In this document: positions 1 through 11,308 of the stretch, piece after piece
Numbering within the stretch: position 1 is the first letter of the stretch
Layout: every line of letters begins with the position of its first letter
Source of the DNA: Balamuthia mandrillaris
Lineage: Eukaryota
Length of the DNA stretch: 64,000 nt
Direction of reading: 5' to 3'
Assembly: GCA_031835245.2 (NCBI GenBank)
Contig: JAVKOQ020000064.1
Span: forward strand, 62,001 to 126,000
Notes under the pieces: model-generated
Database searches by the model: none
Told to the model about the DNA's origin: nothing
What the model saw: only the letters and a program-made list of their open reading frames with translations
Program-made: the position numbers and the translations under genes

Positions 1-1455
1 GAGTTTGAGGCATTGGACGATGAGGAGCTTGCAGAATGCGAAGCAGAGTTTGACGAGCACGAACTCAACTTGGCATGCACGCTCAGCCCAAAGCTGAGGT
101 AGATAATATCGGTGACGACGGTGTAAAAGTTGCTGACGGTCTCCTCCAAGGGCTGGTCGAAGACGCTGTGGGGGGAGAGGACGTGCTCGTTGGCGGCCAC
201 GATGAACTCCAACGCAAAGTCTCCCAGGTTGGTGGCCAGGTTCCGGAGCTGCGAGGGAGCTTTCTTGACGTCCACTTTGGAGATAAGGCTCTCCCAAAGG
301 CTATCCGCAGCAAACGAAGAAGCTGAAGCAGAACCAGAGGAAGAAGGTGAAGAGGAAGAGGAGGAGGAGGAAGAACCGGTTGAGCCAGAAGAGGAGCCAA
401 GAAAGCTGCCAAGAGAGAAAGAGGTTTTGGCGCGGTTGGCCTGACGACGGGTCATCGTGGTGAGACGCCACTCGCTGAAGGTCTCCATGGCGCTGATACG
501 ATCCAGCTCCTCTTTGGTCTCTGCCTCGAGGGCGTCTCGCACCATGGTTATGCTTCCGCTGCCGCTGCCTCCTTCCCCAAAGACCGAATGTCTTTTGGTC
601 AACTGAGAACCAGTGGAGGAAGAAGAAGAGGAGGAGAAAGAAGCAGAACCCGAAAAGGTTGGTGAGGAGGAAGAAGGAGAAGGAGTGGAATCTTTTCTGG
701 AAATGTTCTGTTTGCGAGGAGAGGGTGTGTCGTTGACGCTGTTGTCGTTTGCTTGGCGAGGGCTGGTCGAGTCCACGCTCTGGCCAATGACGCTGAGCAT
801 GTTGTTGATCAGCTCTTCTTTCTCTTTCTTGCCATAGTTCCTTTTTAAAACATTGTTTGTCAACATTCAATGTCGGAATGCAAGATAACAACCGTTCTTT
901 GCAAGGAGGAAGTAAAGGGAAGAGCAAGAAGAAAAAGCAGAAGAAGAAGAAGAAGAAGAAGAAGAAGAAGAAGAAGAAGAAGAAGAAGAAGAAGAAGAAC
1001 AAGAAGAAGAAGAAGAAGAACAAGAAGAAGAACAAGAACAAGAACAAGAAGAAGAAGAAGAAAAAGAAGAATAACAAGAGCAAGAATGTAGAGAGATATA
1101 CCGGAAATCAGGATACTTCTCCTTTAACAACGCAGTGACTTGCTCCGCCGTAGGGTACTGCAGCACTCCTCCCTCCCGTCCTATCTCCATTCCACCGCCT
1201 CTGGCACTGCCTATGCCTATTCCGCTGTCCGACCTCCCGGCGGCAACGCCAATAGCACCGCCACTGCTGTTGCTCCTCAAATCGTCCATGCTGGAAAGGC
1301 TGCCGGAGGGCAGGGAGAAGCGGGTTCCGCTGATGCTTCGCGTGGGCAGTTTTGGAGGTTGGTCGCTCTTGCCGAGGCTTGATCTCCTTGGAATGTGGTC
1401 GCTTGCTGGAGAGGCAGAGGAAGAAGAAGAAGAGGAAGAAGAGGAGGAAGAAGAG

Positions 1456-1493
<38 letters not shown>

Positions 1494-2896
1494 AGAGGAA
1501 GAAGAACCGGTATTGCTTCTTTCTCTTTTTCCCCTTTTTTCTCCGGAGGAGGAGGAAGAGGATGAAGAACCGGAGGAAGAGTCGGAGGGAAGATTCAGCA
1601 CACCGAGACTCTTTCGACTGCTGGTGCGAAGGTTGGATGGGGCAAAGGAACTATTATTGCTACTGGAAGAGCGAGGAGAAGAGGTGGATGAAGAGGAGGA
1701 AGAGCTTTGTTGAAGGAGATGAGCTTGTATGGCCAGCACGCAATTCTTCAAACTTTCTTTTACATCTCTACATAGTAACTCGTGTTTGGTTAGAATTAAA
1801 AAAAAGGAGGAGGAAGAGAAGGAGGAGGGAGAGAAGCAGAAGAGGAATAAAACAAAACAATAGCACAAACCGGAGAGCCACATCCAGTTGCTCCTTTCCT
1901 CTGGCATCCCCATTCAATGCTGCTTTACCGGCAGTGATAACTTGCAGCGAGACCTCCTTCAGGCTGGCCTCCTCCGCATAGAGCTTCATAAACTTGGCTG
2001 TCTCCATTAACGATGCCAGCTTTTGGGCCATCAGCTTGGCCTCCGCCACAAAGTTGTTCTTGTCGCCAGTCACAAGAATGGCCTCCACATAACGCTTCAA
2101 ACAGATGTTGGTCTCTGCAGCGACGCGAATGGTGTTGGAGAGCAGCAGTTCTTGTTCATTTACGTTGGAGACACCCATTAACATGGAAGAGGAGGAGGAA
2201 GAAGAAGAGGAAGAGGAGGAAGAAGGAGAAGAGAAGGAAGAAGAGGAGCTGCTGTCTTTAATGGTTTCGGTTAAAGAAGAGGAGGAGAGGTCCTTGCTCC
2301 TTGATATTTCGGCCAACCGCTATTGTTTGTTGTTTCGTTGTCAGGAAGTTAGCTTGATTAAAAACAGCAAAAGAGAATGAACAACAAGTCCGTACATCCG
2401 CAGCATCTACAATGGCTTTGATGGAGGCAGCCACATCTTTACACTTGTTGTTGACATCTTGTTTGGTCACAAAGTCAAAAGGATTGCTGATTGCGTTCTT
2501 GGTGCTGCCAATTAGGGCCAACACTCCGGTGCTTAACTCTCGCGCTGCTTTGCTCAACATCTTCAAGTAAACCACTTTTTCCTTTAACGTGACGGCGCAG
2601 AGAATGAGGTATTTAAGCAAGAGAAAGGAGAAGAGAAAGTGAACAAGAACGGAAGAGAATAAAACCTGTTGTGCCGTTCTGGGAGCCTGACCAACAAGGT
2701 CTATTAGAGTGGAGGTCTCCTTAGCGGCCGCTCGTGCCGCCAGAATGACGGCCTGCTCTAGGTCCTCCTGATCGCCGGGGCTCTTGACGAGGTTGGCCAT
2801 GGCTTTGACCTGCCTGGCCACGTCGGTCACCGTCTCCTTGACGTTGACACAAAACATCTCCCACGAGGGCTTCGTTCTTGAGGGGAGAGTCGTCAT
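1..2896 (-). CDS. Multi-exon protein with talin/vinculin-like amphipathic helical bundles and Ser-rich linkers; 3' end runs off the window
   Basis: Spliced ORFs 2258-2896, 1768-2316 and 867-1913, plus an open frame reaching position 1. Ala/Leu/Val-rich helices (VTDVARQVKAMANLV, LSKAARELSTGVLALIGSTK, DVAASIKAIVDAA). GT-AG introns contain TTC repeats. Confidence 0.5.
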
Positions 2897-3737
2897 TTTT
2901 TCTTGTCAACTGCCTTTAACTTCCTTTTTATTAGATGTATGACATACCAACAGTTAAGAAAGAAGACGAACAAGCAGAACTAGAAGAGCCTGGGAAACTT
3001 AAATGGATGAAAGACAAGAAAGGAAAAGAGCAACTCGCTAAGAGTGGGTAAACCAACTTTCATACAAGTAACATACCTCTTTCTTAACCTTTTGTGTTAT
3101 ACCGACAACCTCCCTTGTGTTCGAAAGAATTGAGCACACTGTGATGTGCTCTGCTTTCAACCTGGTTTGTTCTGTTCGTCAGCAACAATTTCAAAAACTA
3201 CAGAGAAACAACGAACCAGTGAAGCCGTTGGCCGATCCCGGTTTTCCCTTTGGTTCTTTTCTTTCCTTTCCTCTTTCCTAGGTGTGCTCTAGCTTTCAGC
3301 TGCGAGACTTTTTTTGTTGTCTCTTCTTTGTGTCGCAGGGGAGTGAAGAGCGTTCTTTCTTTTTCTTTATGTATTCTCCCCCTCCTCCCCTCCTCCACCA
3401 CCGAAAAATATCAATTCCAGTCGACCGCCGCCCTTTTTTTTTCCAACCTTGTTGCTGATCCGTTCCGAAAGGCAACCAACGGGACTGTGCCACGTCATTC
3501 GTTCTGCGCCGAAACGACGCATCGCATATTTTCCTTTTATAGGTAACATAGATGTCATACTTTGCCTTTTATAGTAATTTTATGACATCAGATATCCTAA
3601 TTATAATTTTTGAGGAGTCAAATTTTCTGACTTGAAAATTTGTGAATGTTTGTTGAATAAATAAACAAAAAAAAAGAAACAAATGGAAAGTTGGCTTTAT
3701 GCCTTGTTCGTACCTGACAGGGTTAAAGTTTTTTGTT

Positions 3738-6203
3738 TTACGGAATAGGAAGGTATCCCTCTGTTATTTTATTGTCGTACTTGTCCCGCTTGTATTGTTC
3801 CCTGAGGAAGATCAATACAATAGCAAAGGTGGCCATTGAACCTGTTATCGCCCAGTTCTGTGAGAGAGAGAGAGCAGAGAGCAGAGAGCAGAGAGCAGAG
3901 AAGAATGTTAGCATAACAGACGATAAAATCAAGAAGGAGGAAGGAGGGAAGGAAGAAAGGATCACCATCACTTTGGGAGCAATGTAGTCCGCTGCATTAA
4001 AAAAGCAGGAAAATACAACGTTAAAAAAAAGATGAAAGAATTAAAGAAGGGTACAGGGAGAAAAAAATACCTGAGAAAATGGCTACTAGTGCTCCAAGGT
4101 TGTTCTGCATATCATCAAATAAAATATAAGAACGAGAAAAGCAGAAGAGCGAACCGAGATAAAAGCAGAAGGAAAAAAAATAAAGAAAAAACAAGGACAA
4201 GAAGGAAAGTAACTAAGAGAAGGAACGAAGAAACGGGAATGAACTTACGATGAGAGTAAGAATGCCACTTGAGGTTCCTTCTGGTACAGGATAAGTAATC
4301 TCAACCGCCATTTCATAGAAGAATGGCAGAGTCGAGTTGTAAAACAATCCAGTCAACAAAACGGACGTTGCTATCAGATAAAAGTTGTCCGAGAGCCAAT
4401 GCCAACGGTCATGTAAGTTCACCATTCCTGTAAACCTGGTTATGGAGAAAGGAGAGGTATTAGAGGAGCAAAAGCACAAGGAACACATGATTGAAAGCAA
4501 ACCAAGTCAAGGATAGAGCGGTGGCGGCCATCATGAGAATAAGAATGAGCTTGAAATGCCGTATGTGGTCTGCCAGCTTGCTTACCACCACCCCGCTGAC
4601 GATGCCAGCCAATGTTGTTATAGCTCCTAACCATGCCGCTTCATTCTAGTTTCAAAAAAGATGTAAGTAGAAAGAAAAAATTAGCAAACGAAAAAGCAGA
4701 AGGAAGGATGAGAGATTAAAGAACTAAAGAATTGAATAACAACCTGGCTGTAGCCTAAAGGACCTAACAGAGCAGACCATGAGTTATAAATACCGCCGCT
4801 GAGACCACCAACAAGAACCAACAACACGTAATTAGGATTGCAAAGAAGTTTCCACAAAGAACGCATGAGACTCATTTTCTTTCTTCCTTTTGTTATGACT
4901 TCGTTTGCTTTCTTGTTGTGCTTGTCCCCAGGAGAGAGGTTCACGTTTGCAACCTCTTCTTCTGTTTCTGTTGTGGAAGAGAATATAGTTGAAGAAGTGG
5001 ATGAAGAAGTGGTGGTGATAGAAGATGGAGAAGGCGGAGAAGGAGGCTGAGCAGGAAAGTAAATGAAGATGAGGAGAGCGACGAAAGCGGAGAGACCGGA
5101 TTGTACATAGACAAGAAGCAGAACGTCGGCAGAGTTCTTGACGAACAACCCCATCAAGAAACCCACTGTCGTTCCTAGAATGTTTGCCAAGCTGTATTTG
5201 TTTGAGTGCTCGGTTCAACAAGTAAAAAAAGAAAATACCAATAGAGAGCAGAGAAGCAAGAAAAGCGAGAAGAAAGAGAGAAGCAACAAGGAGAAATGTA
5301 ACAAAAGTAAGAAAAAACAAACCCTGAAATAGCAGTTGCAGTGGTACGTTGTCGCGGCGGAAACCACACCGCTGAAAGCTTTGGTGGAATGGCCATCACG
5401 ATAGGCCCTACCGCTGCGTTGAGAGCCTGTCCAATGATGACGAGAAAGAACGTGTCGGGACCTCTGGCTCCACAACGAATGGCCGCCCCTACCAGGTCTA
5501 CTGCTGCTCCTACCAGCACCTTTTCAAAAAAGAGGAAAAGGGCTTCAAGAATGAGAAATGAAGCATAGAGTGAAGAATAGAGAAACAAGAAGAAGGAAGA
5601 AGGAAGAAGAAGAAGAACAACAAGAAGAACAACAAGAAGAACAAGAAGAAGAAGAAGAAGAAGAAGAACAACAACAACAACAAGCAGAAGAACAAGCAGG
5701 ACAAGAAGAAGAACGAATAACAACATAAGAGAACAAGAAGAAAACAACAGGAACTGGAACAGGATCAAGAAGATGCGAAGCAGAGCGAAGAGTAGCATAC
5801 CATGGTCCGCAAACCACGAGGCCGGTCAGCTAACCACATCACCGGAAACAAAGTCGGCACGTACACTATAGCCCCAAGTCCCTATAATAAAATGACATAA
5901 AAGACAGTTACTAATTTTTTTTGAAAGGGATGAACCCCTAAAAAAAAATGATATCTTACGCACCAAAAGCAAGTTGATCATTTTGTTGTCGTGAAGATGG
6001 TACAAGTGTCGGGTCGGCACGGCGACGACGCTGTAGGTTATCCAGATGGCCGATTGTTGGATGCTGAGAAGGCTGAACACGAACAACACCCACCAACGCC
6101 GTTTGTACACCTTCCACTCTTCGTTTGGTCCCTCTGCTCCGTCTACGTTGGGGTTAAGGGCAGCCTTTTCGTCTTCATTCTTCTCTTCCGCTTCCTTCCC
6201 CAT
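3738..6203 (-). CDS. MFS transporter, FLVCR/SLC49 (DIRC2-like) family
   Basis: Family-typical segments KVYKRRWWVLFVFSLL..WITYS, GQALNAAVGPIVMAIPPKLSAVWFPPRQRTTATAI and FYEMAVEITYPVPEGTSSG. Multiple TM exons separated by GT-AG introns. Confidence 0.88.
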
Positions 6204-6355
6204 TTTTCTTTCTTCCTTCCATAATCAATACCCACGACGACATGAAAATTACCCCAAATCTTGAGTCAAGACGACATGAATTTTTTGATATTGTTTCCAT
6301 GTCGTCGCGGTGAGGTTACGAAAAAAAAAAAGAGAGATGGAGAAGCAGAGAGAGC

Positions 6356-6827
6356 ATGGAGACTCCCGAGGCAGGAACCACACGGGAGAAAACGGGGGAA
6401 GACCTATCAAGTTTCAAACATAAATAGTATGCTACATACTTCAAAAAGAGGGGAGGGGGGCTGAGATAATTTTGTTTTAAGCAGTGCATGACTCAATCTT
6501 TTGTTACTTTTTTTTTAAAGCACGTTGGAAGTGCCGTTGCTATCGGCAGAATATGCCACCATTGTTTGCAACACGCTGAAGGTGGACAAAGAACTGAAAG
6601 AGAGTATCGTGCATAGAGAACTTAGCACAGAGGACAATGTCCTGAAGATGTAAGTCTTCTTCTCTTTCTCGCTTGTGCACTTTCTCACGGTAAAAACAAA
6701 CAACAGCTCTTATGCGACAAAGGACATCCGAATGCTTCGCACGGTGGTTTCCTCCTCCTTTGACATGCTTCTTCTTTCGTTGGAGACGCTCCACGCGTTT
6801 GGCTCAACACCCGACCATTCCACATAA
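6356..6827 (+). CDS. PCC1: EKC/KEOPS complex subunit Pcc1/LAGE3 (3 exons: 6356-6426, 6521-6649, 6707-6827); absent from the ORF track
   Basis: Hand-spliced product METPEAG..KYTLEVPLLSAEYATIVCNTLKVDKELKESIVHRELSTEDNVLKISYATKDIRMLRTVVSSSFDMLLLSLETLHAF matches the Pcc1 pattern (L.VD.EL....V.R.L...N.L......D.R.LR..V.S). Both GT-AG introns preserve frame. Confidence 0.85.
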
Positions 6828-6951
6828 AAACAAACAACAACCAACATTTTTTTTTGTGTGCAGAGAATTCGTGACGACCCGAGTAATGGGTTGATGTGGC
6901 ACCAAAAAGAGAGAAAAAAGCGTAGCAGAAAAGAAAGAGAGGGAGAACGGC

Positions 6952-8166
6952 ATGCAAGTACCAGCGACACCCTTGTGGGTGGGCATGACAGCGGCCATGG
7001 TGTCAGAGGCGTTCTCGCATACCATCGTGGCACCCATCGAACGCATCAAGTTAGTGCAGCGGTTGCGCTGTGGTTGGGGAGAGGACATCAGCATGGCCTC
7101 GCTCTTCAAAGGGCATTCCGCAAAGCTTTGTTGCATTGGCGTGCACAATTTGGTGAAAGCCCACGTTAGCTACTTGTTAACACGGGTTTGTCTATCTTCT
7201 CTTCTTCTCTGCTTATTGTAGTTCTTTTACCTCTTCGTTCATCCTTCTTCGTTCTTCTTCTTCTTTCTTCGTTCTTTGTTGTTCTTCTTGTTTATTCTTC
7301 TTGTGGCAGCATCTCATTCGTTATTTTGTTCTTCTCGATTCCTCTTCCTGCCGCTACTAAGGGTTTTGCCATCTCTTACTCTCTTTCAAACAGTACACCA
7401 ACTTATCTGTCACCAGCAACCACTTTCTATCCTACCTGTCCGGCAAACTTGTCAGCTATCCCTTTGTGGTGCTTCAGGTGCGAATGGCATTACCCTCTGC
7501 CCCCGGCAACGAGGGCGTGTTTCAGGTGGCACAGCACATCGTGAAACAGGAAGGTTGGTCAGCTTTGTTTTGCGGGATAGGACCTTTCCTCTCGGTATGG
7601 TTTGTTTGGTCAGTGTGCAGTTCATTATTGTTTGACTTGGTTTTTTTTGACCCATTATAACACTCTCTCTCTCTCTTAAAGGCATCGTTGGTGTACTACG
7701 GAGGTTATCGGTGGATGTATGCAGCATTTCCTTCTTCCATTCCTTCGTCTCGGCCTTCCGCCACCTTCAACTCTATTGTAAAACGGAGCTTCATTGCTAT
7801 TATCGCTGCTCTCAGTACGAGATCCCTTTTGTTCTCCTTGTTTCCTCCGTTTCTCTCTCTCTCTCTCTCTCGTTATCGTTCTCTCTTCCTCTCACCCTCC
7901 CCCTTCATTTTTTCTTCCTTTCTCTTATTCTCTCTGCTACAGCCATTTATCCCATTGTCACCTTATCCCTGGAAATGGCCGCCCGCAACGTCTCCGCAGG
8001 AACCGCCATGCAAACCGTGTGCCAACGAGGGCTCAACGGCTCTCTCTACGCGGGTGCAGGTTTCCTGTTGCTACACACGCCCCTCCTGACATCGCTGGGC
8101 CATGTCTGCACGCAAGTCGTTATCCCCAGGCTTTCCATCATTCGGTTGAACTCCAACTGGGTGTAA
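6952..8166 (+). CDS. Mitochondrial carrier family (SLC25) protein, divergent
   Basis: Px[DE]xx[KR] motif APIERIKL. Second repeat SYPFVVLQVRM...IVKQEGWSALFCG. Third repeat IYPIVTLSLEM...GSLYAG. Four exons. Confidence 0.75.
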
Positions 8167-8401
8167 GAAGAAAACGAAAAACAAAAAGAAAGACGCCTAA
8201 ATTCCCTCATGTAACAATGTCAGTCTGTGAACATCGTTTCTCGCCTTTTATGCCTTTCTCTTCTGTTGAAGGTTCTAAGTGATTCTCTCGGGTTTCTCCA
8301 TGCCGTCATATCAGGGGTTTCCTCCTTGTGTAGTAGCAATCAGAACTACGGTGGTGCGTGGAGCTTCGTGGATGTGTGTGTTTACTTTTTGAAAGAAAGA
8401 A

Positions 8402-8625
8402 AAGAAGAGAAGAGAAGAGAAGAGAAGAGAAGAGAAGAGAAGAGAAGAGAAGAGAAGAGAAGAGAAGAGAAGAGAAGAGAAGAGAAGAGAAGAGAAGAGA
8501 AGAGAAGAGAAGAGAGAGAGAAGAGAAGAGAGAAGAGAAGAGAAGAGAAGAGAAGAGAAGAGAAGAGAAGAGAAGAGAAGAGAAGAGAAGAGAAGAGAAG
8601 AGAAGAGAAGAGAAGAGAAGAGAAG
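8402..8625. repeat. (AGAAG)n pentanucleotide microsatellite
   Basis: About 220 bp near-perfect array, directly visible. Confidence 0.95.
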
Positions 8626-9098
8626 AAAAAGAAAACGAGTAGCAGAAAAGTGGCAAGGCGCGCCTCAGTTGGCCACTGCAGCTTTCCCTCCTTTTTCGCG
8701 GTTGCCTTTTGTGTCGACATCATCACGTCGTCATGATTAAACTATTCCTATGAAATTTGGCGTCCCTTCGCCAATGTGCGCCATCCGGGCCAAATTTCAG
8801 GCTGCAATGTCGAAACAAAAAAACCCACCCATCAACAAAAAAAAAACGTAGCAGAAAATGGCGGAGGCGTGCTACGTTTTTCGTGCCATGACCACTATCA
8901 CCGCCACCACGACTTCAACAACAACAACAACGCGGACAAAAACCTGCTCTTTCCCAACGAGTAGCAGCGGCACCAAGCGAAACAGCAACTCAAAGGGGGG
9001 CGTCGCTGTCGAACAACGAGTCTGTTGCGGCTGTTGTGTCTCCTCTTCCTGCGCTTGGCTTGCCAAGAAGGCACGCGACCACTGCTAAGAGAAGAAGA

Positions 9099-9743
9099 AT
9101 GGAAGCGGCTTCCCCTCCGGAGGAGGAGGCTCGAGGCCAAGAGAACAGAGACTTGGAGAATACTTATGCTCTTATGGCTTCGCTACCCAGCCCTAGACTA
9201 GGAGACGAAGACGCGGATACGCACCCGCCCACTTCAGCATTTTCAACGACCCTTCCTCGTCTTCCTTTTGGCGACGCCCACGGTGCTTCCTCCTGGATGT
9301 CCGCAAGCCCAAGCGCTGAGGCCCAAGTTCCGCTGCAATACGCTTTGCAAATAACCACATCGCCGCGAGACGTAACCCCTCCGCTCATGGCCGCTTAGTC
9401 TCCCAGGTCCAGCAGGATGCAGGTTGCTGCGGTGGCCACGCAAACCGAAGGACAGCCCTACAAAAGGAAGAGGCCTTCACAGCAGGAACTTCATGCGCAA
9501 GAAATGGCTGCCCTAAGACGCGAACATCATGTCCAACTGCAGGCCCTCCATGATGAGTACAGCAGACTCACCGAGAAACATCGACACCAGATCGATAACC
9601 TCACCGAGAAACATCAACAGCAGATCGAATACGTTGTTGGTTGTCGATCAGCTGTCGATGTGCTGGACACCCACAAGGAACAAGCAACTCAACTGCGCAT
9701 ACAAGTCGCGCTGCTGCAACAGGAGAAAGAACTCAGGACTTGA
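9099..9743 (+). pseudogene. Hypothetical coiled-coil protein interrupted by one in-frame TAG (9396-9398)
   Basis: ORFs 9036-9398 and 9417-9743 share one frame, separated only by a TAG. Contains a KRKR NLS-like motif and a coiled coil with a duplicated LTEKHxxQI unit. Confidence 0.4.
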
Positions 9744-9980
9744 AGAGAGCTTCACACACAGCGCACCAGCACGAGTGTAAATAAAAAACACAAAGAAAGC
9801 GAGAACGAGAGCGTAAAGTAGAACTTCTAAGGTTTTTTTTCAAGGGTGTCAAAATGTAGTAACAAAGAATGTGGAAGGAGGGGAGAGGAGAGACAAGTGT
9901 TTTTGGTTTTACAGTTTCAGTGTTGTTTGGTAAAGAGGGGAGGAGGGAAAAAAATAGTTGTTACACGCAACTACCACACG

Positions 9981-10838
9981 CTAATTGAGGTGAGAGAACT
10001 GTTTGCCTTTGAGTGCGGCTGGGCGAGCACCAGCGGGGGCAGGGGCGCCAGCAGGGGCGCCCTCCCCAGACTTGGCTGCGGACAGCTTCTTGGCCCAATC
10101 CGCCGAGTCAAAGTGTTGTTTGCCCTGAAGAACAGAGGAAGGAAAAGGGAAGTGGAGTGAGCATTTTGGGGGGAGGGGGAGGGGGGGGGGTGGAGGAGAG
10201 TAGCAAGAGAGGTTCAAGAAGAAACAAGGAGAGCAAGAGAGGAGGGAAGACAGAAAAGGGAGAGAGGGGAGAACAGGAAGGAGGGGAGCGAGGAAAGAGA
10301 AGAGGAGGGGGAAAAGAGTGGGAGAGAAGAAGAGAGGGGTGAGACAAGGAAGAGAGATAGAAAGGAGAGAGGAGAAAAGAACGACAGCAGGAAGAGTGGG
10401 AGGTCGTAGAAAAAGAAGTGACACAAGGGTAGGAGGGTGGGAGACAAAGGGAAAGCAGAAAAACAAAACAAAAGGTACCTCAATACGCTTGTGAAGCATT
10501 TGGTTGATGTTCTTCTTTGGCAGCATGCCGTACTTTTCGTAGTACTCCTTCTCTTCGGGGGAGAGCTTGCTTACGTCCACCTTTTCATCAGATTAGATTC
10601 ATCAACAAAGGCATTTTTGACAGGAGATAAAGAACACATCAAAAAAAAAAAGAATTGAATAGAAAAGAAAAGAAAAGAAAGAAAAACAGGGAAAAATAAT
10701 AATAGATGAAAAGATAAGCAATAAGAAGGACACTGATGAACGGAAAAAAAACCTACACAAAGAAGAACAAAAAAAAACGCACAAATAAATCAAAAAAAAA
10801 AATCAATGAAGCATCGAGAGACGTACCGGTTGAGACAT
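9981..10838 (-). CDS. ENSA: Endosulfine/ARPP-19/Igo1 family PP2A-B55 inhibitor (3 exons, the first a 12-nt MSQP coding exon)
   Basis: Spliced product MSQPVDVSKLSPEEKEYYEKYGMLPKKN..RIEGKQHFDSADW contains the Greatwall site FDSADW and the KYGxLP motif. Confidence 0.88.
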
Positions 10839-11308
10839 GATGAGTGTGTGAATGAATGATTGGATGAATTGATCCTGCTACCTGCTACTTACTTTGCGGT
10901 AAAAATAATAATCTTGCAACAAAGCAAACTTTCGTCTCTCTCTCTCTCTCTTTTTTCTCTCGCAGTAACCAACAAATTGCAACAAAAAAATTTCACTCAA
11001 ACGAAAAATATTATTTTTTTCTCCGCTGGCTTCAGAAGTGCAGAATTCTCTCTGCCAACGAAATGTCCAAGAACTAGCCTTCTGCGGGATTTCTCGAAAC
11101 GAGACCTGTGTCCACCGGAATTCACCTCACTTTTGGGGGATTCAGCAAAGACGCTTTTTTTCCGCTATCCGATTCGCGTGGTAACGGGTTCAGGTAAGGA
11201 CTGGCCCGGAATAAAACTTCCGAATTTCGATGAGATTTTGAATATATTTTGATATCCCTTCCCGAAATTTTTCTTGGAATATTTTTTGTTTGTTCAACAA
11301 AAAGGAAG

